63,927 nucleotides of DNA, filler included, from Intoshia linei (GCA_001642005.1; 6 parts of 6 records of this genome joined end to end with filler, not necessarily neighbours in it); one strand, 5' to 3'; counted from the first letter of the whole stretch, positions 40,217 through 55,364 are shown. Notes: generated by a model not told the origin, from the sequence alone. Numbers and translations: made by a program.

Positions 40217-40879
40217 TTGATATAAAAAAACAAAAACACTAAAGATGAATTGTAAACTTGTGATTTTAATATGAATAAATTCAAATAAAAATCATTTTTA
40301 TGTAACCATATTACAGATCGCGAGCCGTGAATGTTGAAAAAACAAAATACTAATGTTTTATTGCTTTGATATAAATTTATGCAATAAATAATTAGATGGT
40401 GATCACTGATCATGTATTAAATTAAAAATGCACGTATATTTAATTGAATTATATATGTATTGTTAAAAACGTTAAGTATATTCATTAAATTCGATTTTGA
40501 TTTGTGACAATTGTGCTCCACAGCGTTTGATAGAGTTATAAAGAATTCACTGTACTTTTAAAATAAATCTTAGCTGCCAAAGAAGTGACAGAGTTATCAA
40601 CAGTTATTCGAGTTTTATTAAGTTAATCTCAGTCACAACGAGATGACTTAGTTTTGAAAATTTTCATCCATTGTGTATTACACAATTATCTGGATTATTA
40701 TTATAATGGTTTCCAAAATTGATGCTAGAAAAATTTTTAATGTTTATTTTATTATGCGGCACGCCACGTATTTGAGTTTGAAATGTTGCTGTACATAAAT
40801 ATTAAATAAATCTTCAAATTGTAACCAAATTTAAAAACGAGACAATGCATGATAAAACAAAACAACATTGTGAAGTATT

Positions 40880-41250
40880 TTAAAAGCGGAATGAACCAAT
40901 CTGAAATTTCGAAAAAAAGTGGAGTTCAAAAGACAAGCAATCAAAAGGTTATGAAAAAATTTAAAAATTGGGAATGGCATCAAGCAATCATCATCAGCGT
41001 CAAGTAGGATCAGGGAGGAAAAAGATAACTGTCTAGGAAGAACATTTAATTTCAAGAACCTTAAAATTAATTTCTTTTTTAACAGCACGATAAATTAGAG
41101 ATTATTTGTGGTTCGCATCCAGAGGGACCATTTGATGGAACAAGGGTTATTGAGTTATTCAGGGAAATATAAACTCTAAGGAGTATCAACGAATATTACA
41201 ATCGCAACTGGTATTTATGTAGTATGATACTCCAATAAGAATTCAACTAT
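40880..41250 (+). mobile_element. Tc1-like transposase remnant
   Basis: Fragments RQVGSGRKR and VIQGNINSKEYQRILQSQL resemble the Tc1 GRPR and GxMNSxxYxxIL motifs; heavily deleted. Confidence 0.45.
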
Positions 41251-41760
41251 ACTTGAAGTAATTAAAAATTTAGAAATACTATTAGCTAAATAAATCCGAT
41301 AGAAAAAAGGATGCGTGAATATTTTTTCCAAACTTAGATGATATTTTGTATGCTATACTATACTTTTAGTATATATACAAATTTAACGTAAAATTTATTT
41401 TACTGAAAAGTTTACACAAACTAAGCATCATCATAGAAACTTATAAATAAATGTATCAAATCCAGGTCAAATGCACAATCCCAATGATACTTAAGGATTA
41501 AATATATAGACTAGTATTTTAAGTTTTTCAAGCATATCTTAAAAATATCAAGCACCTTAACTACATCCATAATTTGAACAAAAGTATATTTATATATTGT
41601 GTATTTTGCACTTATTATTTTAAAGTTGAATCAAATCTAAAGGCGTAGACATCTAAACAATAATATTATAGTCTAATTGCCTGAAAAGAGGAATATATTG
41701 CGTATGAAGAATTTATATAGTTTTTAAATTACTTTTGCAAATAACACCTATTAAACTAAC

Positions 41761-44700
41761 ATGCTAACACTGCGACGACTCTTTTTCCGTCTTAGAAAGG
41801 ACGACATTTCTCTTTTTGCACAATTTTACAGAATTGATGAAGAACTAGTGTCCGTTATGAGTAGATTAAATAACCCACCAAATCCGTACCAAATGCAAAT
41901 TCTTAGTGACGTAACATATACTTTATAACTTTAAACCTGTCTTAGATGGCTCTTACATTGCATTATAAACGATATGTAGCTCTGGAACGAATAATGAATG
42001 AACTTATACCACATCATCGAGCTGATAGATTTTATCGTCAGAAATTTTCTGCAATAAGAGAAACATTTATGGGTGCTTTGTCTTACTCTGCACATCATTT
42101 AGGTATAGGAAAATTTTATTTTATATATAACTCTTAAATATTTAGCGAATGGAGTTAGTATTGAAAATCATTATCGGGAGAGTGATTTACTACGTCCCTT
42201 TGCCGTAGATTATGTGAATAATTTGGTTATTGTTAGGAGAGAACTTTCCAAACAACTCTGTATAGATAAAAATTCTTATTGTCCGAGCATTACCAACGTT
42301 TTGGCTACATTTGATAAAACACAGTGTAAATTTGAGTTTGAGTTTTTAAAAACTTTTGAAGAAATGAAGACTTTGGAAGATCTTATTCAAATTGATGATT
42401 TATCTGTCCTATGCTCTGAAACTATGCAAAGGGCAATGGATAAGGTAGTTTTTAGTTTACCAATGAGAAATAAATCTACCTTATTGTTTATTATTATACT
42501 AACGATTTTTAGAACAATAATATAAAATATATTCCAACCTTTGTTTCTCAATCCCAATAACTCTAAAACCCCTAAAATTTGATGAAAACCAATTATATTA
42601 TAATTTAATACAAGATATCTACATTAATTATAACATTTATTATGCATACATTTAAATGTATTTTAAATATTTTTTAGAATCTAATCAGCATAGAAGACAT
42701 TGAAATGTGTGAACCACAATTGATGTTTGCGATACCACGACTTTCAATTATAACCGGTTTACACTACAATGAAGATGGTCCAATTAACCCTAACCGCGAA
42801 CTGAATAAAATAGCTCCAATCTTTAGATTGCACCTAAATACATTAAAGAACATTAAATCAAAACTAAAAAAATTAACAATGCAAGAATTTCTGCGTCTCG
42901 AAAAGGCTTGTGCTGAAGTAGACGTTGAAGAATTAAAGCCTGATAATTTAGAATTGACATCAGTTAAAAACGTTGAAAAAGTTTTACAGTTTAATAATAT
43001 AAAAAGATGCAATTCAGTACCTTCTCTAAAAAATAAAAACTCAAAAGACTTAAAAAAAAAAGTGTTGGAGACTTGTATGAAAATGGACAATTATTCATTC
43101 ATTACATCAAATGATGTTTTAAATATTAATCAAAAAGATTTAAAATATTTCAACGAATTTACTGGGACTAGTACAAATAGTAATGACAATTGTAATACAG
43201 ATTGTCAAAATTCGCAAGTTTTTAACAAAACTATGCCCATTTATTATGATATTAAACATCATGTATCCAGTAAAAATTGTGATGATATTGATTCTAAAAG
43301 TGAATCCATGGTTTGTAACCAATATAATGTTAATATTAAACAAACTGTATCGGATAAAATGTAATTTTTTGAAAATCTATTTTTATAAAAATTTTTAGTC
43401 AACGTGAAGATTGCAATTTGGAGGAAATATTTACTTCGATTTGTCGTAATTTATATACTTTTTCTCGTTTGTATTATGTGCATTTTGAATTTTTATTTTG
43501 AAATAAAGAGTAAAATAATTGAAATGTGGACTTTATAAAATTTTAAGACTGGTAGTTATTTCAATGAAGTGGAACACACAAACAAATATTGCGTAGCATA
43601 TTATACAAGTAAGGATGATTTGCAATATTTGTTTGTGTGTTACCGTTTATTTCAATAACTACCAGCGTTACAATTCTATCAAGTCCACATTTCAATTACA
43701 GTTTTTTTCGGGGGTGTTAGCAAAATAAATTTAAATTAAAAAAAAAATATATCTTATATTTTCAGGGCCAAAACCACAAATTACCCTTTATTTTTTAATG
43801 AAACCAGCCCTAGAATTTAAAAAAATTTACAGGTGGTACAGTTGTATCCTGTTAACACGATCTGAATAAGTGACGCCCTCACGATCAAAAAAGCATTTTA
43901 GTATTCATATATTTTTTTCCGAAATATTTTATTAAAACAAAAAATGTGAAACAATTAACCTCCCCAAAAATTAAAAAAATAGATTATTCTTATAGAGCTT
44001 ATTCCAGTTGATATAAATACAAAATTTCAACCCGATATATCATCAACCAATTTTTTTTAAATATAAATCCTTCGGAATTTTTTTATTGCTACCCCTAATT
44101 TTAAAATTTCAAATTCTTATTTTCAAAACATTTTGAATAAATTTAAATAAAAACTACAACAACGACTACTAAAAGTAATACAACTTTGTTATTATGATTT
44201 TAATATTTATTACAATCCTTTGGAATATTGGTAAAATTCCGTTGAAATATGTTTATAAATTGTTGATTCTGTTAATTATTGATACATAATTGGTATTTTT
44301 AAGTATTTATTAAATTGGTACTGAATATATATCATCACATTGAAAATGAAAAAATAGCTTTTTATAATTTTTTTTTTCTGGAATATATGCTATTTATGAC
44401 AATTTTTAGGATTGGACTGTTTTTAATTGGAGGTTTATATTTTTTGAATTATGTGTGTTTTTAACACGAAAACACATTTCACCATAACTGAACTACATTA
44501 TATTTATTATTTCAATATGATAAAAAATTACAACTAATATGATTTTACCTAAATCCAAAATGATAACATTGCGTAACATTATTATCACATTGAAAGTCAA
44601 ACTAGTCTAATTTTTTTTATATTGTTTTTAGATATTTCTGACAAATTATTGACATATCATGCATTTGAATCTAGAAAAATGTTGGAGCAAGCATTTTCAT

Positions 44701-45986
44701 ATTACATTGCAAAACCCACACCACCTTCTATAGAAATTGTTCAACTACCAGAAACAAGTGACAGTAATTTTTTATTTTTTGAATTGCATGATTTATTTAC
44801 TACATGTTAGTAAATATCATATTGGAAAGGATCGTTTTTAAAATCATTAGACACTAAATTGTGCATATACTGTTTTTTGAGTAGTAGAATTGTCTAAATT
44901 TGTACTCATATATACGGTGTTCGAGTGAAATAATTTAGATATATTATTGTAAACAATAAAACGGGTAATTTAATCTAAACAATGAAAAAATCCAAGGAAT
45001 TCATGAGATGTTCACCAATATCTCTTAATTGAAAATGTGTAGACGTTCAATGCACATATTTTTTTTAATTGTAGGATGAATATTTTTAATTTTAATCCAT
45101 AAATTTGAATAATATATTAAAAGCCGTCAATTTTTTCAATTATAATTAAACTGACAGAATAGATACTCTTTATGGTACATATATAATACATAACATATAT
45201 TGTATTTATACAATGTTAAAGTAAAAGTAATTTATTCTAATTGTAAGTTAAAGTAAAGTAACCATATTTTTAACATAATAATTAATAATTACTTAGTAAA
45301 AAAATTTAATTTAATATCTCAGTCGAAATTGAATTATTTCACGCAGCGGCTCAAAAAAGACCCAAATAATGAATGAAAATATATAAAAAGCAATAAAATA
45401 TGTCAAAGTCATAAATTTAATTTTTTATATACAAAAATATAATGATGTATAAACTGAAGCAATAAAATTATGACATATATTATGGGCGTGTTGATTAGAA
45501 ATCCATACATTACATAATGTACAAAAATTGTTTGATTAATACTTGGTTCGCAGATGTAAAATTTGTGTCATGTTTCGTGCAAATTTGTTCAGGGTTATAT
45601 TTTTTTTAAATTTTCAACAATCATATCAAATACTGTCAAACCTCAATTTAGCAAACACTTTATTTAACGAACAACTTGATAAACCGCCTAGTTTGAGAAA
45701 ACTAAAATTACGTATAACGTTATAATTGAATTTTATTTTTAATCATTTTAAATTAGGTATTTTTGAAAGAATAAGTCCACCTTTTTGGGAGAACGACAAT
45801 ACCCGAAACAGTTGCACACTTTGTAATGCACAATTCAACTTTTTCCGAAGACGCCATCATTGTAGAAACTGCGGTAAACTGTACTGTAGCGCTTGCACAA
45901 AAAACCGAAGCCCTCTCATCAACTACGACATTCATATTTCTGTACGTGTTTGTATTCTCTGTTATACTTGGCTTAGCCAAGATTAA
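41761..45986 (+). CDS. ZFYVE28: Lateral signaling target protein 2 homolog (FYVE domain)
   Basis: MLTLRRLFFRLRKDDISLFAQFYRIDEEL, IPHHRADRFYRQKF, ESDLLRPFA, FDKTQCKFEFEF, LCSETMQRAM and EPQLMFAIPRLSIITGL..DGPIN match the Lst2 N-terminal domain. The last exon is a FYVE domain (WENDNTRNSCTLC..FRRRHHCRNCGKLYC..C..VRVCILC). Confidence 0.92.
43517..44430. repeat. Foldback-like dispersed repeat copy with a clean hairpin (in a ZFYVE28 intron)
   Basis: Arms at about 43517-43592 and 43622-43697 are reverse complements (AATTGAAATGTGGACTT...AACACACAAACAAATATTGC / GCAATATTTGTTTGTGTGTT...AAGTCCACATTTCAATT). Flanking sequence matches 16900-17450 and, inverted, 51380-52050. Confidence 0.8.
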
Positions 45987-46050
45987 TGTTTATAATTTGG
46001 CATTTCAAATTCTAATGTATGCATGTTTCATAAATGAATAAAAATTAATA

Positions 46051-46913
46051 TTACAATAATAATTTTAATCCCAACACTTCATTACAATTAAATTCTCCTA
46101 CCCACGATTGTCCATTTGTTGTTGTAAAAGTGCCGTTACCGAGCAAGCTAAATTTAAAAATTATCAAGCAACAAAAAATTTACCGATTTTTTTGAAAACT
46201 TCCAGTAAAAAAGGAACCATTCGCCCAATAATATGTGCCTTGATCGTGGAATTGGTTTTCTTTAAATTCTCCAACATAACTATCACCAGATGGGAAATCC
46301 ATTCTTCCCTGTCCGCACATTACGTCGTTTTCCCAGTCACCCTGATAAACAACATTTGAAGCAGAAGTCTGTAATCCTTGACCATGCCTCAAAATTGCTG
46401 ATTTGTCACTATTTCGGTATTGACCAACTAAACAGTAATGATAAACGTCATATAATATAATATTAATTATGTTATTCAAAGTTTTCACCTGGCTACATGT
46501 TGATAAAATGATTAAGGCATCCATGTCAAAAAGTAATATTGTTGGATAGACAAACAATGCGACGTCATGTAACCTGGGAGTGTTGAGTCAACTCTGTTGG
46601 CAGATTACTTACTACAAGGTCGCCTTAAAGAACCAAGTACAAAAAAACTCAATAATTATGAAATGAATGTATTTTCAGTATATAATTTTAATAGAGATAT
46701 GGGAATCTTCTGGTTTAGCGACTTTAAGGATATGATTCATTATTTGAATGTGAAAAAATAAATCATTGATTAAATTTTAAAAAATACCATATCTATCACC
46801 ATTAGCAAATAAAAACGAACCGTTAAGTGGTTCTGTTGCAAACTTTTTGCTTTTTACTTTAGCTTTGGCTAATAAATAGTAATTAGAAAAATATTAAATG
46901 TACCTGCAACCAT
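46051..46913 (-). CDS. MORN2: MORN repeat-containing protein 2-like
   Basis: Five short exons: MVA...GSFLFANGDRY|VGQY..RHGQG..VYQGDWENDVMCGQGRMDFPSGDSYVGEFKENQFHDQGTYYWANGSFFTGSFQKNR|LLGNGTFTTTNGQSWVGEF..LGLKLLL*. Confidence 0.8.
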
Positions 46914-47008
46914 ATCTGTAAATTTAAATAGTTTATAAACTAAATTGTTTACATGATCTGAGTTACAATTTGACACAAATTTGAACTTTATTAGATTTGT
47001 ACATTATA

Positions 47009-50000
47009 ATGAGGAATTTCTGTGGATTACTACGTTATGGATTAAGAACAACCAATACCAAGAATTTCAAAAAAAATGCATTTTCTTATTACATTCTAAA
47101 CCGATACAGTCCAAATATTAAATTATCTAAAAATTTTTGTTTGAATGGAAGATTGTAATTTTTAGTTTTTTTCATATTTTCAATTATAATTAGGCCATTT
47201 CAATTTATTCAAATTTCTAAATTTTCAGGTATTTTTTAATCTTTATTTTTATCATTTGATAAAGATTCAAATGACAATCTACCTGATCATTTAATTATGA
47301 AATTACCTGCTTTGTCTCCTACAATGACAAAGGGGAAGATTATTCGTTGGCTACGCAATGAGGGTGACAAAATTGAAGAAGGTATGGGTGTAGCGGAAAT
47401 TGAAACTGATAAAGCAACGATATCTATGGATGTAGCAGATGATTGTTATTTAGCCAAAATTCTTGTCCCAGAAGGAAAATCTGATGTCAATCTTGGAGCG
47501 GTTTATTTTAAATTTTTAGCTTTTCCGACATGTTATTCTTCTTTGTTAAGCAAACTTTGCATTGTTTTGGTTATATATTTGGTTTTAGAAAGTTTGTATT
47601 GTTGTTTATGAGAAGGAGGACGTTAAATCTTTTGAAAATTTTCAGTTACCTGTTTCGGATAGCCAAAAAAATGCAGAAATCAATACAATTACGAAAAATA
47701 ATCAGGACACTCCTGATATCAATTTAAATCAAATTTCTTATCCAGATCATACATTTGGTAATGTATTTTAGTTTATATTATCAACATCTGTTTGTGCTTA
47801 GCCTACCGTGCGTCACATTGATTTTTTTATTAAATTCCTTCTATAATATGTGTAAACAATTAATTTTATATTATTCATTTTACATGTTAATCATTTCAAT
47901 TTATTTTAAATTAATCTTAACGTTATCAAATGACTCCGTTTTGTTAAATTTGTAATTTCAAGAAAATTTTTTGATTTTCAATGTCTGAAATTTACATCTT
48001 CACGGTCAAAAAGTCAATTTGCGATTTTAGTAATAAATTACATTGTTATTTGTTAAATTTAAAATTCAATTCAAACTACAGTACTTGAATTATTTAAAAT
48101 CAGGGGTGTCAATTATGCGGCCCGAATTATGGAAAGTGCGGCGTTATAATATAAATTTTTATTTTTATAACATTTTTTTACACATATTTTTTATTTAACA
48201 GTTTTTTCATATATTTTTCATGATTTATTTATTCATTATTACAATTTTAATTTACTAATTAATACTTTTAAATGTGACATTATTATTCAGATTAAATTTT
48301 CAAATAAAAAATTATTGAAAAAATTTAATGAACCCCACTGTCGAGAGAGCTAGCCTGATAACCATAATCCATAATAAAATATTGACAGCATACATAAATA
48401 ATATAAAAATTTAGTTAAACTTCCCAGTTTATCACCTACCATGTCCACTGGTAAACTAATTAAATGGAATGTAAAAGTCGGATCTTGTATAGCTGAATCA
48501 GATGTAATTGCAAGTATTGAAACTGATAAAGCAACCATTGATTTTGAAGCACTGGAAGAAGGTTACGTTGCCAAAATTTTAAAGGAAGACGGCGGTAAAG
48601 AAAATTTGGATTTAGGAACTGTATTTTAGTGTTATGTTAAATTATGATCTAATACATTTAGCCTCTTTTAATTATGGTAGACAATGAATCAGATATAAAA
48701 GCCTTTGAAAATTACGAATACAAAGATTCTAAAAATGAAAAAAGTGGTAAATCTGGTGTTGAAAAATCTTCTGGTTCAAAAAAGTCTGATGAATACACTA
48801 CTCTACCATCGTCTTCTATCCAACCTGTACAATCTAGTTTAGAAAATATGTATATTAGTCCTTATGCAAAAGTTCTTGCTACCGAAAAAAACATTCCTTT
48901 CAGTGTAACTTTTTCACTATCTTAGATTGTTATGTTTTTACTGGTACAACCAAATTGGGTATGGAAATTCGGATTGAAACATCTTAGTTAATTGGTTATT
49001 TAAACGGATGAAGGGTTGTTATTTGTAATTTTTTTAGGCGATTGGTGTCGATTTTTATAAGAGTATGTTTATGGAATCATTAGATGAAATTTTAAAAAAA
49101 ATAAATGTTTTTTCTTTATAAATGTCTAGAAAGAGTTACTCAGTTGAAATCTCTATAAAAATGTTTCAATTTATAATTTATCTACACATTTTGCAGGTTT
49201 AATTTTGAATATTAATTTTCAAACATATATAAAACTGCTCTATATATTACATAGCCCTCCATATATTTTAAAACACGTAGAAACTGAAAGGAACCGGAAT
49301 ATATGGAAGTGTAACTGCCAGAGATGTCAATAATTACAAAGAAACAAAAAGTGATATTGATAAAAGTGAAAATGATTATTTTGATGTACCCATTTCTAAT
49401 ATGAGAAGAGTAATTTTATTTTAAACTAACTTGAATATTATGTACTTTGGACAAACTGTACCTAGGTCTGATGAGGGCGCGCTTTTTTAATTCTACCAAA
49501 AAAAAATCTTATAGAAAAATGCTACTATTCACTAATACCAATCCTCTAAAGGATTGGTTCCCGAATTTGTTTCACTATTACATGTAACTCACACTAGATC
49601 AACCTTATTTTAGAATCCCCTCCTAAAACCATAATTCACACATATTTTTTAAAATAACTTTCATAATTCCATAATTAAAAATAAAAATCACATATTTTTA
49701 GATTGATAATATTTACTATAGTGAGTGTTTTCAATTACCTGTTACTCAATTATTTAAAATACGCCATAGAACCAATAATTATCTTAAAAAAGTTGTGATA
49801 CTTTTGTATGTTATTTTAGCTATGAAATTTAAGGAAAGGACTTAGCCTTTCACTGTCTGTGTATTCTATACTAATCACAGCAATTTCACTTCACACGTTT
49901 CTGTATTCTATGATATACACAGCATACTTTTAAAAAACTTTATTCTTTTATTTTCATACATTTTCACAAAGCTAATTTAAAAATAATACATGTTAAATTA

Positions 50001-53000
50001 AAACATAAATTCCAGACGTGTGGTGATGCATCATAAAATAGTATTAGACAGTGAAAGGGTTAACATTCGAATCAAATGACGAAGAATAATTTTTGACCTA
50101 AAAAATCTTATATTGATTATGTATTTTATAAAATAAAATTGAAAAATCTACTACCGTTGAGAAACCCTGCATTAGAGTATAGTATAACCTCTATATAATG
50201 TATCTAGTTATAACCAGGGAATTTTTTATAACCTATACATTGAAAAATTGAATTTTTGATTAGAAAAAATTAGTTTGTTTTGTAGTACACTATTTTTACT
50301 AGGATTTACATGTCTTTTTGTTTTTCTATGAAAATCTAGAAAAAAAGTCTTTTCAAATTTGAACGCTACATTATACATTTAAATAAATAAAATATTGGTT
50401 AGATTACAGAAAATTTATTTTTTGAACATTATTTTTTATCTTTTTGTATAATCCAACCTACCGTATCTCGAGACCATCTTAAGCGTCTTTTATTGAAATT
50501 TAAATTATGTCCACAACTGACTAAAATGTTTTTTAAATACCATATATTTTTATATACAGTATCATATTCTACATTGAAAAAAATTTATTATTGGGCGATA
50601 GAATATTTTTATGACGCTGTGACGAAAGGTCAAAAATCTCTGATGTAATGATTAATAATAACTTATTATGTAGTAGTAATGGACATTGTACATTTTGGTT
50701 TATTCAATCTGAATAAAAATATGGAACTAAATAAACATTTATTATATTTGTGTAGACTATTGGGGAGAGACTAACGCAATCAAAATCAACCATACCACAT
50801 TATTATTTGACCATGGATATTAATACAGATAATATGCTGAAGTAATTATCATATACTTTTTGTGTTTTATTGTGATATATACTTTTATGTTTAATACACA
50901 TTCTGTATTTTTTGATTAGTTCAATCATTATATCATTTAATGTGTTAAATCAAATTTTAATTTAAATTAAAATACTAGCTGGGCTGTTTTGTACAACTTA
51001 CAAACAGCACCTAGCTCTGCCGAGAGCAGTTATTTAATTTTAACATTAAAATTTTAAATTTAATCTAACATCTTACATCTTCCATTCACTTTTATAAACC
51101 CCTTAAAGTAACTACATAAAAAATTTGAATAAAAACATATTTCGGATGAATTTTACGAACATTGCAAAGCAGTAGTGAATTTATTATGTATTTGATTAAA
51201 TATCATTTTATACAAAAACTAGGTTCACTGTTATGTACTACGTACAAACAAGACCTAGCTCTGCCAATGGAACATTTTTATTATACTTTATAACACTTTA
51301 TAAACATATTTTAGTCGAATTTTACCAAAATTGCAAAGGATTGTAATAAATATAAAAATGATACTAACAAAGTTGTTTCAGTTTCGTTGTTTAGATTCTA
51401 TTTAAATTTATTTAAAATGTTTTGAAAATGAAAATTTGAAATTTAAAAATTGCGTAGCAATGAAAAAAATTCCAAAAGAATGAATTATGTAGATTTTCAC
51501 CCATATGTCTTTACTGGAAATATGTAGACGTACAATACACATTTTTTTTGAAATTGTAGGATCAATATTTTCAATTTTTGATTTTTAATCTAAATATTTG
51601 AAAAATATTGGTTGATAATATATTAAAAATTATTTTTCATCGGGAATGCGTAGATTTCTCGGGTTGAACTTTTGTATTTATATCAACTGGAATAAGTTCT
51701 ATCAGAATAATTTTTTTTTTTAATTTTCGTTTAATTTTCGAATCGTTAATTATTTCACATTTTTTGTTTTAATAAAATATTTCGGAAAAAAAATATAGAC
51801 CTTTAATTATTTCACATTTTTTGTTTTAATAAAATATTTCGGAAAAAAAATATATGCATACTAAAATGTTTTTTTGACCGCGAAATCGACACTTATTCGG
51901 ATTGAAATTTTCTGTGAGTTTTAACAGGATACTACTGTACAACTTTTTAATTTTTTGAAATTCTAGGGCTGTTTTTATTAAAAAAGAAGGGTAATTTGGG
52001 GTTTTGGCCCTGAAGATATAATTTTTTGAAATTTAAATTTATGATAATATTTATTATTTTAAAATCTGTATCAGATTGTATATTTTTTTAAATTATCAAA
52101 ATCGTTGATTTTAATAAAAAAAGGATAATTGGGGTTTTTAATCGGTAAGATGTGAGTTTCGAAGGTTGAAATTTATTTTACTTTCACCCGAAAAAAGGTA
52201 ATAGAAATCTGGACTTTATAAAATTCTAAGACTCTTAGTTATTGAAATAAACGATAACACATACACAGATAAAAAAAGAGTTTTATATAAGTTGGGATTA
52301 TTTATTATTTTAAGATAAACTTACATTTTTTACTAAAACGCTTTTGGTTCTAGTTTCTTGTAATAATTTAACTACCGATTTACCTTATTATTAGTTTGTA
52401 ACCTTTTGTAGATCAAATCAATTATTAGGTTATTTAATCTATTATTTACTATACCTTGGAGTCACATCTGACTGTTAGTTTCTGAAAGTATACAATTTTA
52501 GTTTGCGTAAAGAACTGAACGAACATTTATTAGAAAGTAAATCGGAAATTAAACAGAAATTGTCACCAAACGATTTTATTGTTAAAGCTATGTCTCAAGC
52601 TTCAACTTTGGTACCGCAAGTCAATTCAACGTGGTCTTTGGATTCAGAATACATTAGAACGTATATTTCAAAAAATTTGCATAATTATGTATAACTATAT
52701 TTCTGGACATATTAAAGTCAATGTTAATCATACGAAATATTATGTTACAAAATTGTAGAATTTATGTCTTTAAAAGGAAATTATTATATTTTGTTGTCTT
52801 TTATATTGAAAGAATTTAGATATAAGCGAGTTGATGTTTCCGTAGCAGTCGCCACAAAAAATGGATTAATCACCCCTATTGTATTTAATGCAAATAAAAA
52901 GGTTTGGCCTTATCGTAACAAATTTACTTTAATGTTGTATTTAGTCAGTTTTGGAAATTAGCAACAATATTAAACAATTAGCCGCAAAGGCCAGAGAAAA

Positions 53001-54768
53001 CAAATTAAAACCAAATGATTACATTGTAATATTATACGTTTATTGCTTATTAAATGTTGGACCGTCATTGATGGTGGAATTATTTGAACTGTAATATCTC
53101 ATCGCATCAAATTTACCTAAAGAAACTCACGTTGACCCTTCGAACCATCCCTATTGTATTATAATAATTATTATAGTACTATTATAATTGTCAATTTTTC
53201 TAAAACTGCTCTAAATTTTTGGGATGGCAGTTTTCACTTTTTTCTTATAATTTTATATATTTTTTAAAAATTTTTCGTTACGTTATCCTTTAGTGAAATG
53301 TATTAAAGTCTGAATCAACTCGTAACTCAACAGTTATGTTAATGATTTTTTAATTTTAATATCTCACGTCAACTCTGAATAATTTGCATCACCTGAGCTG
53401 ACCGTAATGTGAATATACCACTAGTTTATATTTATTATTAATTGAATTTCGTAGGGTGGTACGATTACTGTGTCAAATTTGGGAATGTATGGAATAAAAG
53501 CTTTTACGGCTATTATCAATCCACCTCAGGTTTTATTAATCTTCAACATTTATTTTATTTCATTAATACAAATATAGGTTTCTATTTTGGCCGTAGGACA
53601 AACTAGGAGGGTTATGGATAGCATTGAAGCAATAAATGGAATGTAATTTTGTATTCTTGTCATTCTTTCATCCATAAGGTCGAATAGAATATTTACCTTT
53701 TTTAGATTATGGTTATTAATAGTTCGAAAATTTTGATATTAGAACCTATAACGGGCACGGGTGAGCTTGTGCCCGACTTGAACGCGGGCGGACAAGCGGA
53801 CGAAACATTTTCTCTGGATATGTTGTGATCTTTTTTATTATAAGAGCGTACTCTAAATTGTATTTGAAATGGATACATTGAAGAAGTTTGACTTTCATCT
53901 TTTATACGTACAAAAATTATTGCATTATTGCTTTATTTTTATTTATTCAAATTAGAAATATGCATTGTGAAGTTCTCTAGAGTCTAGACCAGTGTGCACA
54001 ACCTGCGGCCTTACGGCCGTAGAAAAAAAGCGTTTATGTGCGGACGTGGGCGATTCATGTCATTAAAATGCTATATATCATTTTATTTCAAATTCAAGGG
54101 AAATATTTTTATCAAAATGTTACATTTTAGACTTTGCGCACTTTCTCAAAATGGATTTAAACTTTCCCAATGTCAAATTAAATTTTGTGCGGCCGTACTA
54201 TCAATGAGTAAAGTAGCTATGCGGCTGAATTGATAAAAATATTGTGCACCCCTGGTCTAGACTGTAGTGGCTATACATATGTGTACGTGTTTATGGTGAT
54301 TGACCGTTGGTCACGCTATCCTTAATAAAATATCTCAGTACCCAGTTATAGCTTTTTAGATATATCGATAACTTTTAATTTTTTTTTGCTTTGTTTAATT
54401 TGTAGTACGAATTTTGTACTGTTTTGTGATACATTAACAAAAATTCAAAAATATGTTTCAAATAATTAAAAATCAATCAAGATTTTAATGAATCTTTAAT
54501 GAATGATTTCTGAAAAAATTGCAATAGCATAGAAAAAATATAGTTAAAAAATTGAATATGGTAATTTTTATACCCTAAATATATTCTTAGATACAAACCA
54601 ATCAATAAAAGTTTAATGTCTGTAACTTTAAGTTGCGACCATCGAGTGGTAGACGGTGCTGTAGGTAAATTTTTTATTTTTTTAAAATAAACTAATTATT
54701 TAGGTGCTGAATGGTTAAATCAATTTAAAAAATATTTGGAAAAACCACAAATTTTAATATTGATTTAA
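47009..54768 (+). CDS. DLAT: Pyruvate dehydrogenase E2 (dihydrolipoamide acetyltransferase), mitochondrial
   Basis: A basic N-terminal presequence; two lipoyl domains (LPALSPTM...EIETDKATI; LPSLSPTM...SIETDKATI); an E3/E1-binding start (ISPYAKVLA); catalytic domain with [56 protein letters not shown] and [17 protein letters not shown]. Confidence 0.96.
49846..50059. mobile_element. piggyBac-like MITE (in a DLAT intron)
   Basis: TIRs CCTTTCACTGTCT / AGACAGTGAAAGGG, bounded by TTAG and TTAA. Confidence 0.65.
51380..52270. repeat. Foldback-like dispersed repeat copy (in a DLAT intron), with an internal ~57-bp tandem duplication
   Basis: Colinear with 26040-26560. The segment TTAATTATTTCACATTTTTTGTTTTAATAAAATATTTCGGAAAAAAAATAT is duplicated at about 51746-51855. 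Confidence 0.75.
53990..54254. mobile_element. hAT-type MITE (in a DLAT intron)
   Basis: TIRs CAGTGTGCACAA / TTGTGCACCCCTG; perfect 8-bp TSD GTCTAGAC. Confidence 0.85.
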
Positions 54769-55364
54769 TTAAAAAGCTTTACATAATTTTTTGTTTACTT
54801 TTATGTCATTAAAAAAATGTACATTATGGTGGACACAGTTTCAATATTTTTGAATTTCTTATGGGCCATTAGGCAGAAAGTTTCGTTTTGTTAAGTTAGC
54901 TTAAAATACAAAATTTTAACAAAATTTGAAAACTTTACGAGGGTATCAAAAATACTGAATTTTAGTATACGATTTGTATACATAACTATGTATGAGTAGA
55001 ATATACCGAGGGATTATCTTAGTTTTGACCATATTTAAGATAACACTGATTACGGAGACGTTCAGTTTGGCGAAAAACTCTTTTATTTAAGTAATTACTA
55101 AAGGTTTGTAGGTGTGCCTAATTAAAAAAAATCCAATATTTTTAATATTTCGTATATGTATAATAGCAGGCAAAAGGCTAATATTTATTATTATTATTAG
55201 CGTTCGCAGTATGTCTTAACTATATTTAAGTACATTAACATATTACAAGTACATTAGTATATTTAACACTTAAACGCATAACGTATTGTAAATCTACAAG
55301 CCAATTTCTGTTGATGTATTTTATTAGTATAATAAAACTTATAGTGATAAAATCTATAGTGATC

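Noticed and set aside
42764-43398. Overlapping alternative-frame and antisense ORFs
   Set aside because: They are shadows of the ZFYVE28 exon. The same applies to ORFs overlapping the Tctex1, NEK4, FYVE, MORN2 and DLAT exons.
53994-54233. 79-aa ORF in a DLAT intron
   Set aside because: It lies entirely within a TSD-flanked MITE and is a chance ORF.
54800-55085. Exon-like minus-strand sequence downstream of DLAT (possible 3' end of another gene)
   Set aside because: I could not establish a consistent spliced frame or a recognisable motif.
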